63,737 bases of DNA, filler included, from Dicyema japonicum (GCA_011109175.1; 7 parts of 7 records of this genome joined end to end with filler, not necessarily neighbours in it); one strand, 5' to 3'. Counted from the whole stretch's first letter, positions 1 to 13,460 are shown. The notes: generated from the sequence alone by a model not told the origin. Numbers and translations are program-made.

Positions 1-339
1 ATGAATGAAGAGTCAAAGCCATATGGTAGGACTTTTGGTAACCAACCATATCTCTTAACTAACTCTTGTTAAATGAAAAGTTAATTTGACTCCTGAGATT
101 ACTGATTTAAGATGAAAGGTCTTTAAAAATTTATAGTTGACCTTCTATTCACGAAATTACGGCATAATGATTTGAATTCCTTCACTTTGGTGAAGACAGT
201 AGAAACTCTCCTTGCATATCTGCCTTAATGGTAAACAAGGTGATTATTAGATTTTAATCTTCTTAATCTGCCGGATATTTTGGTTGAAATTGATTAAATA
301 TCAATACATTTTATTAAAAAGCAAAAACATGTCTAAATG

Positions 340-870
340 CGGCGTCTGCTCAAAATTCGAGGTCTTGGGTCATTGGCCTTTCGCGCACGCGCAGTTGGTA
401 CTTTGCTTGAATGCAATACAATGCGCATCGGAGTTGCTCTTCGGCTAACCTTGACGTCTGCGTGGAACAGGACGTCGATGCAATGGGATAGTTGGAAGGA
501 AATGACTAGATCCGCGGTCATACAGACGGAGATTACTTGGTCACGCCATGTTAAACTCGCGTGAGGGTACCAAAGACCTTACTTGTCTTCTGGAACCCAT
601 CGGTCTTGACAGAGGCGATGGCAAGATCGTAGCTATCAAGAAGTAGAGACAAGGGAGTTGTTTTGCATGGGATTCAATATTCATGGACACTTTCTCTAAT
701 GCGAATCTGCTCAAGTAATTGTTGCACCTGGATTACTCCAGTGTACACTGCTGAAGATTCTTAAAGGAGGAAGTACCATGGCATTGAACTCTTAGAATGA
801 CGCGACGTCTCCGACAGAAAATTGGGCTGCGATCATAATGAGTAACTCCCATTGGGTGCACAAAGCCATA
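340..870 (+). mobile_element. CRE-clade non-LTR retrotransposon, decayed C-terminal zinc-knuckle/RLE region
   Basis: GTLLECNTMRIGVALRL, LLEPIGLDRGDGK and FAWDSIFMDTF resemble CRE motifs GTLLD..LRIAVALRL, LEP.GL.R.DGKRPDG and LLWD.T..DT; frameshifted. Confidence 0.7.
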
Positions 871-1013
871 ATAGAAAGCATGTAATAACAACTAACTTTA
901 TTTTATTAATAATTCATTGTCCGTCATATTTTGAATAAAAAATTATCGGTGATTGTTTGGTAAGCTCCACTAGTTTGATTGATACATCGCATTCCCATAC
1001 CTTCTGAATAAGT

Positions 1014-1810
1014 TCAAATATAAGACTCAATATTGGTTGAAAAATAGCACAACTCGTCAATTAATGATTTCGTTAAATATAAAAACGTTGTCAGTGTTAT
1101 ATATTAGGCATCTTGACGGAAAATTTAAAGTAAGATAGGTTAAAATCATAAATACTGTAGTATTCCCAGAGAAAGGACATCCTGGATATAGAAGATCTAC
1201 AAGAGCAAAAATTTTAGGATTTGATCAGTAAACGGTGAAAAGATAGAGTATTTGGATCGAGGACGTTTGTTATCAATTTATAATATAGGTTGAATACAGG
1301 AATTTCAAATCCGTCATTTGCAGATTTATTCACACATAATCATATATGTTATTCGTAGAAATCGAACTAAGAAAAGACTCGAGAAAACTGACTATATCCA
1401 AATTAGCAATGATGGTCAAATATAAGACTCAATATTGGTTGAAAAATAGCACAACTCCTCAATTAATGATTTCGTTAAATATAAAAACGTTGTCAGTGTT
1501 ATATATTAGGCATCTTGACGGAAAATTTAAAGTAAGATAGGTTAAAATTTCATAAATACTGTAGTATTCCCAGAGAAAGGACATCCTGGATATAGAAGAT
1601 CTACAAGAGCAAAAAGTGTAGGATTTGATCAGTAAACGGTGAAAAGATAGAGTATTTGGATCGAGGACGTTTGTTATCAATTTATATATAGGTTGAATAC
1701 AGGAATTTCAAATCCGTCATTTGCAGGTTTATTCACACATAATCATATATGTTATTCGTAGAAATCGAACTAAGAAAAAGGCTCGAGAAAACTGACTATC
1801 TCCAAATTAG
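1014..1810. repeat. Tandem duplication, period about 402 bp, near-identical copies
   Basis: tcaaatataagactcaatattggttg starts at 1014 and 1416; both copies end ...tccaaattag; content unidentified. Confidence 0.9.
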
Positions 1811-2539
1811 TGACAAAGGTTATCTATAATTTTGATTATAGCTTAGGAACTCGCTTATCAAACAAATATGTGTAATATTTCCTTGCTGACTTAACTGTCC
1901 TCATTGTCAAGCAACACGTTACTCACAGAGATTACCTGTATCACATATGATCTCCTCATGATATTCTGTAAACATGTTAAAACATTCACGTTGAATCATC
2001 AGTAGACAACTGGATAAAGTATCTTCTGAATATCATATCCTTCTGTCTTCTTAACATTGCATCCCATACCTTCTGAATAAATTCAAATATAATGCTACAA
2101 GAAATATATTTTCTCATCCAATAAGGAAATACAATACAATCAGTCAATAGTGGAGAAAAATCTTATTTGTGGTCACCAAAATATTTTCAACATCTTGATA
2201 ACAGCCTCTCCACACTATAAACTGATTTAAATACATTTGAAAAGAATAGAAAAAAATGTTAAACAGAAAGAAGATGACCACTAGAAGATGACAGAACGTG
2301 CAGAAAAAACCTTATTTAAATTATGGTTTGCCATAAAATAAAATAATTTTTAAAAATAAACTAATATTATATTTTTGAAAATAAATAAATAAAAATTATT
2401 CCAAAAACCATGGACAAAAGTAAGTTCAACTTGAGCAAGAATGAGATGGCTATTCGAGGCGGCCGATCACCTGACGGCTATGTAGTTATTTAATTTGTCG
2501 GTGATTTTTGGTTTTTAATGATAATAACTTTCTATAGAA

Positions 2540-2960
2540 ACAATTTGTTCTACTGAGTATCGAGTACGCCTGTGCTGCATGGATTTACCCTTTATCACTA
2601 TCGGCACATAGCAAGCTGGAAGTTTTACAAAACCGATGTCTTAGAATACTACTGAGATCGTCGAAAAAGACGTCCACTTTGTTACTACGGAAAACACTAA
2701 TCGTCCTCCCAATCATGGAATATCTCACGGAACGTCACAGGGACTTTTTAAGATGGCAAAGTCCCCTGACTATCCCCTCCGGCTGGACATCAAACTATGT
2801 ATGGACCTTCCCGTTGTGGAGATTAATCAAGGACTCCGAATCCAGCTTCCGAGGAGTAAGTGGACGTAAAATCCTTAATATTGCCAGGACGTAACTCTTC
2901 CAAGCCTCTGCCGCTGCTAGCGGCGAAGTGAGCTATTCGCGGCGCACTTCGGATTCAGTA
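2540..2960 (+). mobile_element. Jockey/Ingi-group LINE 3' fragment
   Basis: IEYACAAW...KLEVLQNRCLRILL is typical RT C-terminal sequence; stop at 2894, then GC-rich hairpins. Confidence 0.65.
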
Positions 2961-2969
2961 ATGATAATC

Positions 2970-3135
2970 TCCGGGGTTCCTTCAGGATTAAAAAACTTTT
3001 CATAGTCAGTCGGTGCATCTGGGTGCTTCAGTATTAAGGTATTCAGGACTACAGGGGTACACGACAATACTGTGTCATTAACGTGATAACCCGTAAGGCT
3101 GCCCGCACGTCGCCCTCCAGAAGTTTCCGGTTTAC
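2970..3135 (-). mobile_element. CRE-clade pre-RT remnant
   Basis: RKLLEGDVRAALRVIT...LNTLILKHPDAP resembles CRE K..DGD..GA.R.L...L..KHP. Confidence 0.5.
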
Positions 3136-5024
3136 TCCTTTAGTTTGTTGGGGACATCTTTAGTGTATGCTCTTCTGGTTTCGACTTTCGTGTTCAATGG
3201 CATCTGAAAGACACGATGCTGCGGCAATTCGCACTCCATTAGGGATTTTTACTGGCTTTCTGGAGGTTCGAAATTTTCAAGAGAGTGTGGTCAGTATGTG
3301 GCAGTTTAAAGTTTGGCTGAGCTATCAGAGTGGTCAGAGTGGCTATTGGATGACCCTCGATTGATTGATTAAACGTAATAAATTGCCTTTATTCAAAATC
3401 TAATAATGAGTCATGGGTTGTTCTACAAGATAGCAAGAATTCAAGTGTTATTCTACAAATTCGGCATATAAATTACATAAATTTGATTTACTTTGTAAAA
3501 ATAGAAATCTGTTTCGTAAAATGAATGTATAAATTTTATAATTGAAGTGGTGTCTAAATTGAAGTGATTTTCTGTTTTTGATAGATACTTACGTCTCTTA
3601 TGTTGAATAACGGATTACCATGTGGTTTATAGGCCAGAAGGTTAAGTGATCTCCTCTAGATAAATCTCGGACCCCTATTTCTTGTGTGGATTGTATAATG
3701 ACGGAATCTAAACGTCGAGTTTCGTCATGTATAAAAATTGGAAGAACTTTGACTAATAAACTTTATGGAGGAGCAAGTACGTATGCCATACATATGACAA
3801 TGGTCTTTGTATTGAATTTTCCAATTAGCTATTTATCGTAAACTTCTTGTCCTATTTACAGTTTCTACTCTTCACTAGCGTTGAGTTATGAATTCAGCCG
3901 TCTCAAGAAGCATTCAGTACTAGGAACTCAGGCATCAAAAAAGATCATTTTTTTCTCTTCTCACTTAACTTGATCATCTCTGTACGGTTCACACAAATGT
4001 GGTTCCTGAAGGACTTGTGTGTCTGTGACTACAACATTAGGAATTGTATACAATTAATTAGTAGTAAACTCGCTTCTTTCTTGTAGCATTGGGAGTTAAT
4101 ATTATTGAACATTTGATTTATCGGTATCTGACATTGATGACCATCAAAGTTGCATTTCTGCTTTATACTATTTCACGAATGACTGAATTGAACTTAATAA
4201 AGGGAGAAAGTACTTTATCTCAAATCCTTACAGAAAAATTACTATATCTCAAAAAGTTTCGTCACGTAATCGAATACATGAAAAAAGCTTCATTCAGATT
4301 GTATTCCCGTCAAGTAGAGTATTAACTGCCCATACCGGGTAGGCCTTATGCCAAGAACGCGGATTCTCAGTGGGCACTACATTCAGACATGTACGACGTT
4401 AAGCATCCGCAGACCTTTCAAGTTCATTCAGGTTTTTTTTACAAAGAATTTCATTCCAGTCTTTTTGAGAGGTAAAGCTTTTCGGAACACAAAACACGTT
4501 TTTCTGCCCACTGCTGTAAAACCACGTCAAGCACAAGGTACAGACTCAATCCATGGCAGAAACATAAAATTGAGTTACCCAAGGCGAGGCAGCTTGCGAT
4601 GGATGACAGGTAGCATGGAAGGGCCAATTCGGCAGGAGACCTCAAACCAATTGCCCTAAACCTTATCGGGAGCTTTCCTTGGACCAGTCAGTGTTGTCAA
4701 AATTGATATCGAGGATTTTTTAAGCCGTCTGTCGGATAAAATCCTCCAGAGATTTGAGAGAATCACATTTATGTCCTGCAGGTACGTAGCAGGCTATCTC
4801 GAATGCCCTGGAATGGTTGGCCATACTTGGCGGAGCTCTGCAGTGGCAGATTCAGTACTGCTATATCTGTGAGTGAACTCAAGAAGATGGCTGTAGGCAA
4901 AGAGGTACTGGTCTAAAGGAGCGGGACCAGGTGACCACAACTGTCAAGGAGAGCATGAACACCAGAGCTGTGATACGTTGCAGCTCAAGCCTGTTTATGA
5001 GACTTCGTCCGGAATCTCGCTACA

Positions 5025-6140
5025 GTGCCAGATGTCCCCCTTGAGGACCGTAGATTTACCCGCAAGATCCATCATAGTATGGTTAACGGAGTAGTGTCAA
5101 CCTGTATCAATAAGGCTGAAGCTTATGCAGTGAAGGCTAAACCAGTAGTTTCACTTGGTGACATCCCCCTTGTGCTGTATGTAGCACAGATAACATTTGA
5201 GGGATTGACATATAAGCCTAGACCTCCCAGTAAATGGAAAAAGCAGATCTTTGTCAAGATTGTTTGGAGTAAGACAGAGCTAGAAGCACTGCAGCTGCAC
5301 ATAAGTAGTGTGGCGAGAGGTGTTAAAGAAAAAGCACCGCTATAGTAGATGCGCTACTTGGTAAATTCTGTATCTCCAAATGGAACCTCAAAAAGTTGAA
5401 AAGGACAAAGGGGGAGTAAGAAAAGGCAATAATTGTGTATAAGAAAAAATTCTATACAAATGAAAGTCTATGTAAAGGAAGGAGATAAAATAAACAGATT
5501 GAGTTTAATCGCAGACTGGTTGTGCGTAGCATACACGTAAATGGCCATAGTGCATGTTCCGGCAGGACGCAGAAATGATTTCCACATGGGGTATTATGTA
5601 GGAGGCTAATCCACGCAGAGGAAATGCTTAGAACGTCCAGTACAGCGTCGCTCCTTTCTTGGAATATTGCGGAATTTCCGATTTCGCAAGAAATTTGAGG
5701 TAGTGAGACATCTTCCTGATTGGAAAACGGCCGGGGTCGATAAAGTGTATAATTTTTTTATCAAAAGATGCACTTCATTACACGAGTCTATGTGTCGTGT
5801 ATTACAGAAAAGCATCACTAACCCGGAAACGATTCCTGATTGGGCATGCACAGGGACAACTTATTTGATCCCAAAGCTGGACAACCCCCAGTCTGCTGCA
5901 GATTATCGACCGATAACCTGCATGCCAACCCTGTATAAACTGATGACCAAATTGGTGGCTAATGAGGTCAGGAGCTTTGTAGAAGCAAATGGGATTCTCT
6001 CCGAGAATCAGTTGGGTACTGTGCGAAATTGTCAGGGGGCAAAAGAGCAGGCTTTGATCAACAAATGCCTTTCTGTCTCACGGAACTCACTTTGTCTATG
6101 TGGGTGGATGTGAAGAAGGCTTACGATTCAGTTGATCATT
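5025..6140 (+). mobile_element. R4/Dong-like (RLE) non-LTR retrotransposon, N-terminus and first half of RT, disrupted
   Basis: WKTAGVDKVYNFFIK, TYLIPK, DYRPITCMPTLYKL, ENQLGTVRNCQGAKEQ, then WVDVKKAYDSVDH after a frameshift. Confidence 0.85.
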
Positions 6141-6469
6141 CTTAGGAGTCTCTGAGGTGATCCCCGTTATTGAACAAGATTCCCGCCAGATAGATGGGAA
6201 GAAGGTATTATACCTTATTTAATTAAGGTACTTAAAAGAAAATCTCTGGTTTTTGCCAGTGGACAAGATTTGGCTAAACTGGGCGATGTAAATCTGGGAT
6301 TTGAATGGCTACTAGCCATGTGCCTACTGGGACAAGAAATTGGTTTAAGACTTATTGTATAAATTCAATATTCGGACTATCTCATCTATGGATTGCATTA
6401 ATGTCAGATTATTTGGATAGTTTACGTCACCGAACCGAGGTTAGACAGAAGGCACCTTAATCATAAAAT

Positions 6470-8535
6470 TTATTAAATTAAATTATTCATTTAATTTATT
6501 TTAAAACCCCAAGACAACCAAGAAGTAAAATACTTGCTATATTAAGTGATCCCAGCCTCCAACATCTCTCGAATTCTCTTCAATGCCGCCAGTGAACCAA
6601 CAGCGTTTCTGAAGTGTCTTCTTTTATTGCTACAGAGGAATTCTATCGGAATGTACTTTTTTAATGCCGATTGAATTTTTTGCATGAACCACCCTCTCTC
6701 TGAAAGGGTATCCTACTGGCTATCCATGAATTTGCTGTCTCAGACTGGAAATGGATGTGGAGTCTGATTGTATATGCCTCATGATCTTTCGTCTGAGAGA
6801 GTTCATACGCTCCACCCTCGTAGAAGGAATAAGCGAATTCCAGGCAGAACAGGCATATTCAACTTGGAATGTACTTTGATGATACGAAGCAGTAGGAGGA
6901 AGGGGCTTTTCATTATGATGGCTTTTAGGACGTTCCTCTTTCGAAGACCCTTGGTTAACACCTCCTCCGTATGACTGGCGAACGTCATCAGAGAGTCGAA
7001 AGTTACTCCAAGATCTTCTGGATTCGTGTATAAGGGATGGGAATGTTTCCGAGGAATATCTCAAGTCCACCTTTAAATCTTCTGTCCGTAGTAAATAGAA
7101 TGAACTGAGACTTGGATGCAGACACAGACAGCAAATTCATGGATAGCCAGTCACACACCTGGTTGAGGTGTGACTGAACCACCGCCATAGCCCTGGAGAG
7201 AGACTTGTCCCTTGCAGCATAATCAGGTTGTCCGCATAAGATAAAAAAGTGGTGTCCTGATCATTGATAATAGGTAAATCGTGTAAAAATAAGTTAAATA
7301 AGAGAGGAGACAGAGGGGCCTTGTGGATCCCATTAGGAAGTACTCTTGATTTTGAAGTAATTTTTCCAATTCGGACTCTTCCACTTTGGTCATTTAAAAA
7401 ATTTTCCAGCCATAGCATGATGCTAGGATGTAGATTTGAGTTAAGATCTTCTTTGTTAGGAGAGTTCTCGAAGCCAAATCGAAGGCTTTCTGTATATCTA
7501 TAGACACCAGAGCAGTCTGTAAGTGCGTCTTCATGTTGAAGCCGTCTGTGATGAACTGAGAGACAGATCCCAAATGCGTCGTTGTAGAACGGCCTGATCT
7601 GAAGCCATGTTGAAAATCAGGAAATTGTAGAACAGGGGTGATTAACATTAGTACAAGCTTCTCCAACACATTTAACAAGGCGCAAGCTATGGAACAGGGC
7701 GGTAAGAATGGAATGTCTTTTGATTTTCTAGGCTTGAGGATTAGTAATCAATGAGTTCTTCCATTTGTTTGGTATTGTATGGGAATATAAACTGGTTGTA
7801 TAGTCTTGATAACACAATATGAGCCTGAAGTTCTAGGTGTTTAAGAAGGATAGCACAGACACCATCGGGGCCGCAGGCTCGGGTTGGTCGTAGAAATTTA
7901 ATAGTCCTTTCCACGTCTTAAATGTCGACTGTTGTGGACCACCTCGTTTGACATGCAGAAAAAGAAGTCCTTGTGACTGATCGACACATAGTATTTCATG
8001 AGGTTATTAGCGAGTTTCCGTGCATGTTCCGGGCAAGGGAACGGTTTCTACTCCGCCGTCATCTTCCTTTGTGAGGCTGTTATGCCTTTTAGTGTTTTCC
8101 AGAAAGTTCCACACGTGTTCTTGTGGCATAGTCGACCAACAAGTCTAGTCCACTCGTGTCTGTGTTTATCACGGATTAGTTGGGAAATTCCGCGATTTAG
8201 AGAGCGTATGGACGATATAGAGCCATTTGATTGCATTACGGTTTTCTTTAAAGCATCCAGTTCCTTGAGGAGTTCCAGGATAGCCGAAGATAGTTTCGGA
8301 TTGAATTTTCTTTAAGAAGATATTGGGATGAACATTCTGTCCGCTTTCGAATAATTGAAGTTAACATCATGGCTGCCTCGTCAACAGGGAAGTGTTCCAC
8401 AACGAGTCCCGATAAACAATTATCAACATAAGTGTTGAATCTATACCAAATTGCCTTCGAATAGTTCTTGAACTTTATAGAACAATAGATCTTTTGAGTT
8501 TCACACAATTATGTTATGGTCGCTTGTAAAACCTT
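6470..8535 (-). mobile_element. Ingi/Jockey-group LINE remnant (end of APE, RT, GIT-stop terminus)
   Basis: TSDH near 8520; QHGFRSGRSTT, DGFNMK..TALVSIDIQKAFD, LSPLLFNLF, YADN, VEYACSAW; ends EAGIT* at 6542-6553 followed by an AT tail; many lesions. Confidence 0.85.
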
Positions 8536-9794
8536 AACGAACATCCTATGAAAGGTATCAAGCAAATTATTCATATATTAATAACAATTTTTGCAATCGT
8601 TGGGTTTTAATCTGAAGTAGTAAGAAAATAAATATTAACAATATTAAATTTAATATTTAAAATTTTAAATTTAAATAACTCAAATAGTGTGAAACAAAGA
8701 TTAATAGTCGGTAAATGAAAAAGGAAGGAATTTGTTTGATAACAGAAATACGGTTATTAAGAATATGACAAAAAGTCAGAAAAGGAGGGTTGATTAATCA
8801 ATATAAATACTATATAGCATATATTATAAGAGAAAAGTTTAACGAAAGATGAGGATAGTCTTAATTGTGACAAAAGCTAACTATGCCTTATAAAACATAT
8901 TTTTATGTGACGTGTGATGATGTTTTCATCGGCGATAAAAGACATTCAGGAAGAATGTTTGCAAACAGCTATAAACGACTTAAACCAATATTTATAGATC
9001 ATAAATATTAGAAATTAGGTAATTCTTGTAGAGTTCTCGATAGATTTGAATTTGTATACTGGAAATTGGTATTCAACAAAGGATGGATCTATTATATAAA
9101 AACATTGCCAGACCTGACAGAGTGATTTATTTTTGTTTAATTTTTGGATATTTCTATTTTTTGCATTTGATATTGAAGCCACTAACTCCCTCTAAATTTC
9201 CCCGACTCTCAGATTGATTAAATCATTATGATTTCGTATTTTGTTTCTGGAAATGTATCATATCTAAGTCATCATAGGGATTTATAGCTATCAAGCGTGA
9301 TTTGGTACCTCATGCAGTTTAGGATTTTGAGTATATGTTCATTCATGGGGTTTGTGGAAAGTTTGCAATGATAAATCATCCAGATGAAGTTATATTTATA
9401 TTAATAACACAACTCTGTATTGATTACATTTTTGACCATGTGATACAATTTTAGCATGATGTATTTGTCACATTTAATGGGGATTTTTTCGATTGCTATT
9501 TAGAATTTATTAATTTAAGGACATAGAGTTTTATTTTACAATATAAACATTTATGATGAGATTGTAGTAAAGAAGACGAAATTGTATTTGTCCTTGTGTA
9601 TGTAATATGGATTGCTACAAGTTTAATTTATTGTTATATTAGATGAGTGAAAAGAGATAGTCATTTACCAGTTGAGGTGGATACTAAAGGTACGCGTTCT
9701 GTTGAGGATCCTCATCTTTTGCAGCTTACTCTGATGCTGTAGCCACTTAGTATCTTTATATTAATTTTATTCACATTTATATATTCTAATTAAT

Positions 9795-9940
9795 AAATAA
9801 TTAATTAACACAGCCATCCATTCTAAGTGGACCCCCTGACATTATCGACGTTGCGTTGCATCTCACGATTGCATCAACTGGCGAAGCCACCAGGTCTCAC
9901 GTGCTTCGTGGCTCTTTAGTGTAGCTAGACGTCCAAGTTT
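9795..9940 (-). mobile_element. 5'-truncated CRE 3' end inserted in the POLE pseudogene, 11-bp TSD
   Basis: TTCTAATTAAT at 9784-9794 and 9941-9951; translates LGRL...EARETWWLRQ / IVRCNATSIMS, like CRE RE..WL.QRIS.AI.RGNA.SI. Confidence 0.75.
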
Positions 9941-10482
9941 TTCTAATTAATTATTCCATTCAGTCCTGATGAGGTTGTTATTATATAATATTTATGGTTC
10001 TATGAAAAGGGACAGATACTCAATATGAGGTACTATTAATGGCGCAGGTTACTAAAACTGGGATAATCAAACATATGGAAATAGATTACATAATTTTACA
10101 GAGGATGGACGAGCTATAAAATTAGAGACATATATTAATGGAGGTTTTAGTGGACTTTTTTAGAGTTCATATATCAAATTTATAATTGTAGTAATTCTAA
10201 TATTTATAGAGTGAATCTGTTGATTGAATGGATAACTAATACAATTCGTTCTGTTCTACAGTTCTTATAATCTGAAGAACATAATATTAATTTTAATGAT
10301 ATTATTGATTTTAATGAAGTATATGATGACTTACTTAAACGAATTGGACATTTGAAATCATCCACATTTATTTATACACTATTATTATATACCATTGGAG
10401 CTTTGTATCCAAATATTATATTGACTAATAGACTACAGGTTAATACTCTAATATATTTTAGCCATATGCCATTCAAAGTGAT

Positions 10483-10802
10483 TTATTTAACACCAAGACC
10501 ACGGTAAAACCAAAACTGACTATCACGTGATCCCGATGCGTTCCGCCAAAATCCTCATTCTTTCCCGTTGCTCCTCCCTCGTACCCACAGAAGCTCGTAC
10601 TGGGCGGCTGACTGTATTTGCAGGGGCACCTTCCCGCATGCCGGAGTTTTGTTTAATGAGGGCGGTCCGGTTCGGTCCGGTTCTTTGTCTACTACAAGAC
10701 CACCGCTCCGTCATTCTGAAAGCCTTCTTTTGAACTTCCTCAATTTTCTTAATGTTCGTCCATGATAATAAAGGTCCCCACGAAGCACACGCGTACGAGA
10801 AG
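10483..10802 (-). mobile_element. 5'-truncated GIT-family LINE inserted in the POLE pseudogene, 9-bp TSD
   Basis: CAAAGTGAT at 10474-10482 and 10803-10811; removing the insert restores PYAIQSDAKCASS; element reads SYACASWG...RILAERIGIT*. Confidence 0.85.
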
Positions 10803-12179
10803 CAAAGTGATGCTAAATGTGCTTCAAGTCATGTTAATAACCTTGGTTCAAACTGTCAACGAGAGATGATTTGGAAATGGAGAGGACAAATTAGTAAGGA
10901 ATAATGTAAACTTTAGTGCTAATTCTGGAGAACTAACATTTTTTACTAACAATTGGAAAATGTAGAAATCTTTACAGAAAAACAGTGGAAAAGAATTCAA
11001 TTTCAGCAATAGGATGAACGACAAACATTAAGAGTATTATTTAGAATTATATTATTGTCAGATGGCCTATTGCAGAATTCACATTCCACTTTTAAAAATA
11101 TAGAAGGCCATAGTTTGTCAAATAAGTATTGTATGGGATTTCAGTGATAGGAGGTACATATTTAAGGGATTATTGAAGTATATATATAATTACTATATTT
11201 GTGGAAAAATAAACTTTTGGATGCCAATAAGAATGGAGAGAGTACATAATTTATTAAAAAGTGCAATGAAATGGTTAAAATGTATAATTTTCTTAATTGT
11301 TCACAAATGTTTATTAAATTCACGGTGATGTTATGGGTTTGCTATGTTTATTATTTTAGTGGTTTAGTATGGAAATGACTGAAATTGTTTGTAATACTGG
11401 TTCTACTATAATTAATAAATATCTACGTTAAATTTAAAACATCAACCACGACAGTATCAATATCACTCATCAACTCAATATTAAATCATTTGGTTAGGGT
11501 TATTTATTAATTTACAAGAAAATTTTACAAACGATCAATAAAGGAATTAGTTAATTAAACTAAATACAGAGTACTCGAGAATTCTGTATTTTTGAGATTG
11601 ATGGTCCATATTTGGCTGATTCTCTCTGCTTACAAAAGTGAGTGAAAGGAATTAAAAAACGATATGCTATATATGACCATTTTAAGTTGAACTCAAAGTT
11701 TATTATTGTATTTACTTTAGGGATATGAGACTAAACTACGGGGAGAGCTACTGCTGGTAAAAAATTTTCAGTCTTTAGTTTTTAAGTCGATCTTGGATGG
11801 GAATAATCTTGAACCTGCCTTAATTGTGCCGCATCAGTTGCTAATTATTCTTGGATATTTTTAATTAAAGTGGCTTCTCAGACAGACTGAGTTGTTCGAA
11901 TACCTTAAAGAATGTTGAAACATGTAACTAATCTAGAAAGTTATGGAAAACAAAAATAAACATCATTAACTACAGCAATAAGATTATCTGTGGTACATAT
12001 TTGCTAAATTATTTGATTCTGGTCATGACATTGTTAGTCAGGGTGGAAATATATAATATGCAAATACATTAATATCTAATTAGCATAATGGGACACCTGT
12101 TAGTGAACGATGTGATAATTTATAATATAGTAGCTATTCCATTTGTATTCTTTCAAATAGAAAATAGGTAAGAGATCAC

Positions 12180-12270
12180 TAGGGCAATTTTTATGGCAGC
12201 TAAAATTTCAAAATGGCATTTTTACGGTGTCTAAATTTTGAAAAATTGCATTTATGGCATCTAAAAATGA
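12180..12270. repeat. Three imperfect ~30-bp repeats, resembling a DNA-transposon subterminus
   Basis: gcaatttttatggcagctaaaattt / gcatttttacggtgtctaaatttt / gcatttatggcatctaaaaat; POLE similarity stops here. Confidence 0.45.
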
Positions 12271-12343
12271 ATAATATAACTATCGGAAATTTTATAAATC
12301 GACCAAAACTTTTTTTTATTTATTACAAAACATCATTATTATT

Positions 12344-13050
12344 TCAAAACAGCATCGTCTTGCATGCCTCGTGTCCGCCGCCAACCATGAGAGCGGAGCG
12401 TGGCTGGATGCACTCCCGTGTTGCTCCCTGGGGACCCTTTTGGCCGACGACTGTATTCGGATTGGGATCGCACAACGCCTGGGAGTTGATGTTTGCGTCG
12501 AACACCGATGTCGTTGTGGAGGCAACGCCGATGCCAAAGGGCTGCACCTGCTCTCGTGCAAAAGGAGTGCGGGCAGAGCACCCCGCCATGCTGCTATGAA
12601 CAACATTGTCTTGGGAGCTCTTGAAGCGGCAGGATTCCCCGGCAGTACTGGAGCCTGTGAGATTAGACCGCGTAGATGTGAAAAGACTGGATATGCTAAC
12701 TGTCTTTCGTTCACTGAGGGAAAATCGCTCGTATAGACTGCACTGTTGTGGATTCTTTCTCGAACTCGATGATACTTAGCTCGGCGCTGTCTGCTGGATC
12801 GATGGCCTAGAAATTCAAGATTAAAAAATATGGCGAAATTGGAGCCTGCTACCGTTTTGTACCGGTAGCAATCGAGACGTCTGGTGCGGCCGGAAGTATT
12901 ACAGCCTCTTTCCTAAAGGAAATCGGGGGAAATTGGCCCACCGCAAGAAAGACGTGCTGGAAGTGATCTGGCTGAGGCAACGAATTCGTATCGAAGTTGT
13001 CCGCAGAAACGCTTACTCCGTGATGTCATCAGCCGCTCTCCCCCATAGTT
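12344..13050 (+). mobile_element. CRE-clade non-LTR retrotransposon 3' part (CCHC and restriction-like endonuclease)
   Basis: SGAWLDALP..LGTLL..DCIRIGIAQRLG, CRCG..D.KGLHLLSC, RHAAMN, FVPVAIETSG; AT-rich tail. Confidence 0.88.
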
Positions 13051-13147
13051 AATAAATAATATTTTATTGTTAATAAATTTTCCACGTTTAGTTAAAAAAA
13101 TTATAAAACATTTATTTTTTAAGGAATCTGTGGAATTGATTTGAAAT

Positions 13148-13460
13148 TGTTGTACAAACAATTCATTGAGCCTTCTGTCAGCTATGCCTGTACGTCATGA
13201 GGAATCAATCTGTCCTGGACGAACTAACAAAGAATCCGGGACATTCAGGCCTTAACAGCCACTACTATTAGTAATCTCGGGAAACTACTAAAAACTAATA
13301 CCCTCATCACTTGAAGACCTTATCGACAAAATGGAAAAGGATTTGCTACCCTGTGCAAGCAGTGCAACTCTCAACAATACACAGCCACGACGTGTCTTAT
13401 GAGAAGAGTATACATCACCCCTCTCCAATTCCTATTTTGAAAACCAGACTTAGAGAACAA
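13148..13460 (+). mobile_element. GIT-family-related LINE 3' fragment
   Basis: LYKQFIEPSVSYACTS*GINLSWTN matches YKHYIEPCFSYACASWGLSISWTN of the 21.8-kb copy. Confidence 0.7.

Larger units (their letters stand above)
8590..12165 (+). pseudogene. POLE: DNA polymerase epsilon catalytic subunit, unprocessed pseudogene (N-terminal catalytic half)
   Basis: Colinear motifs EG*LIN, AFDIE..LKFPDSQID*IIMISY, VTFNGDFFD, VKRDSHLP, SDAVAT, YPNIILTNRLQ, NCQREMIWKWRG, DRRY.FKG, HKCLLNS, WFSMEM, EIDGPYL, KKRYA, GTPVSER; many stops and frameshifts; two TE insertions. Confidence 0.9.

Noticed and set aside
1-300. Further Penelope-like scraps (also about 4090-4320, 13990-14200, 40320-40500, 51550-51990, 63000-63450)
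   Set aside because: Only isolated 4-6 residue motif hints (SNHP, NL.DILV, YRK.T); not enough to annotate
9830-9935. GC-rich segment foldable like an HDV ribozyme
   Set aside because: Better explained as the reverse complement of a CRE 3' coding end with TSD; P1 does not pair
8590-12165. Alternative genetic code (TGA=Trp, TAA=Gln) suggested by stops at conserved POLE residues
   Set aside because: The same locus has frameshifts and TE insertions; CPSF1 ends in TGA and NDUFA10 in TAA, with no internal stops in the exons checked
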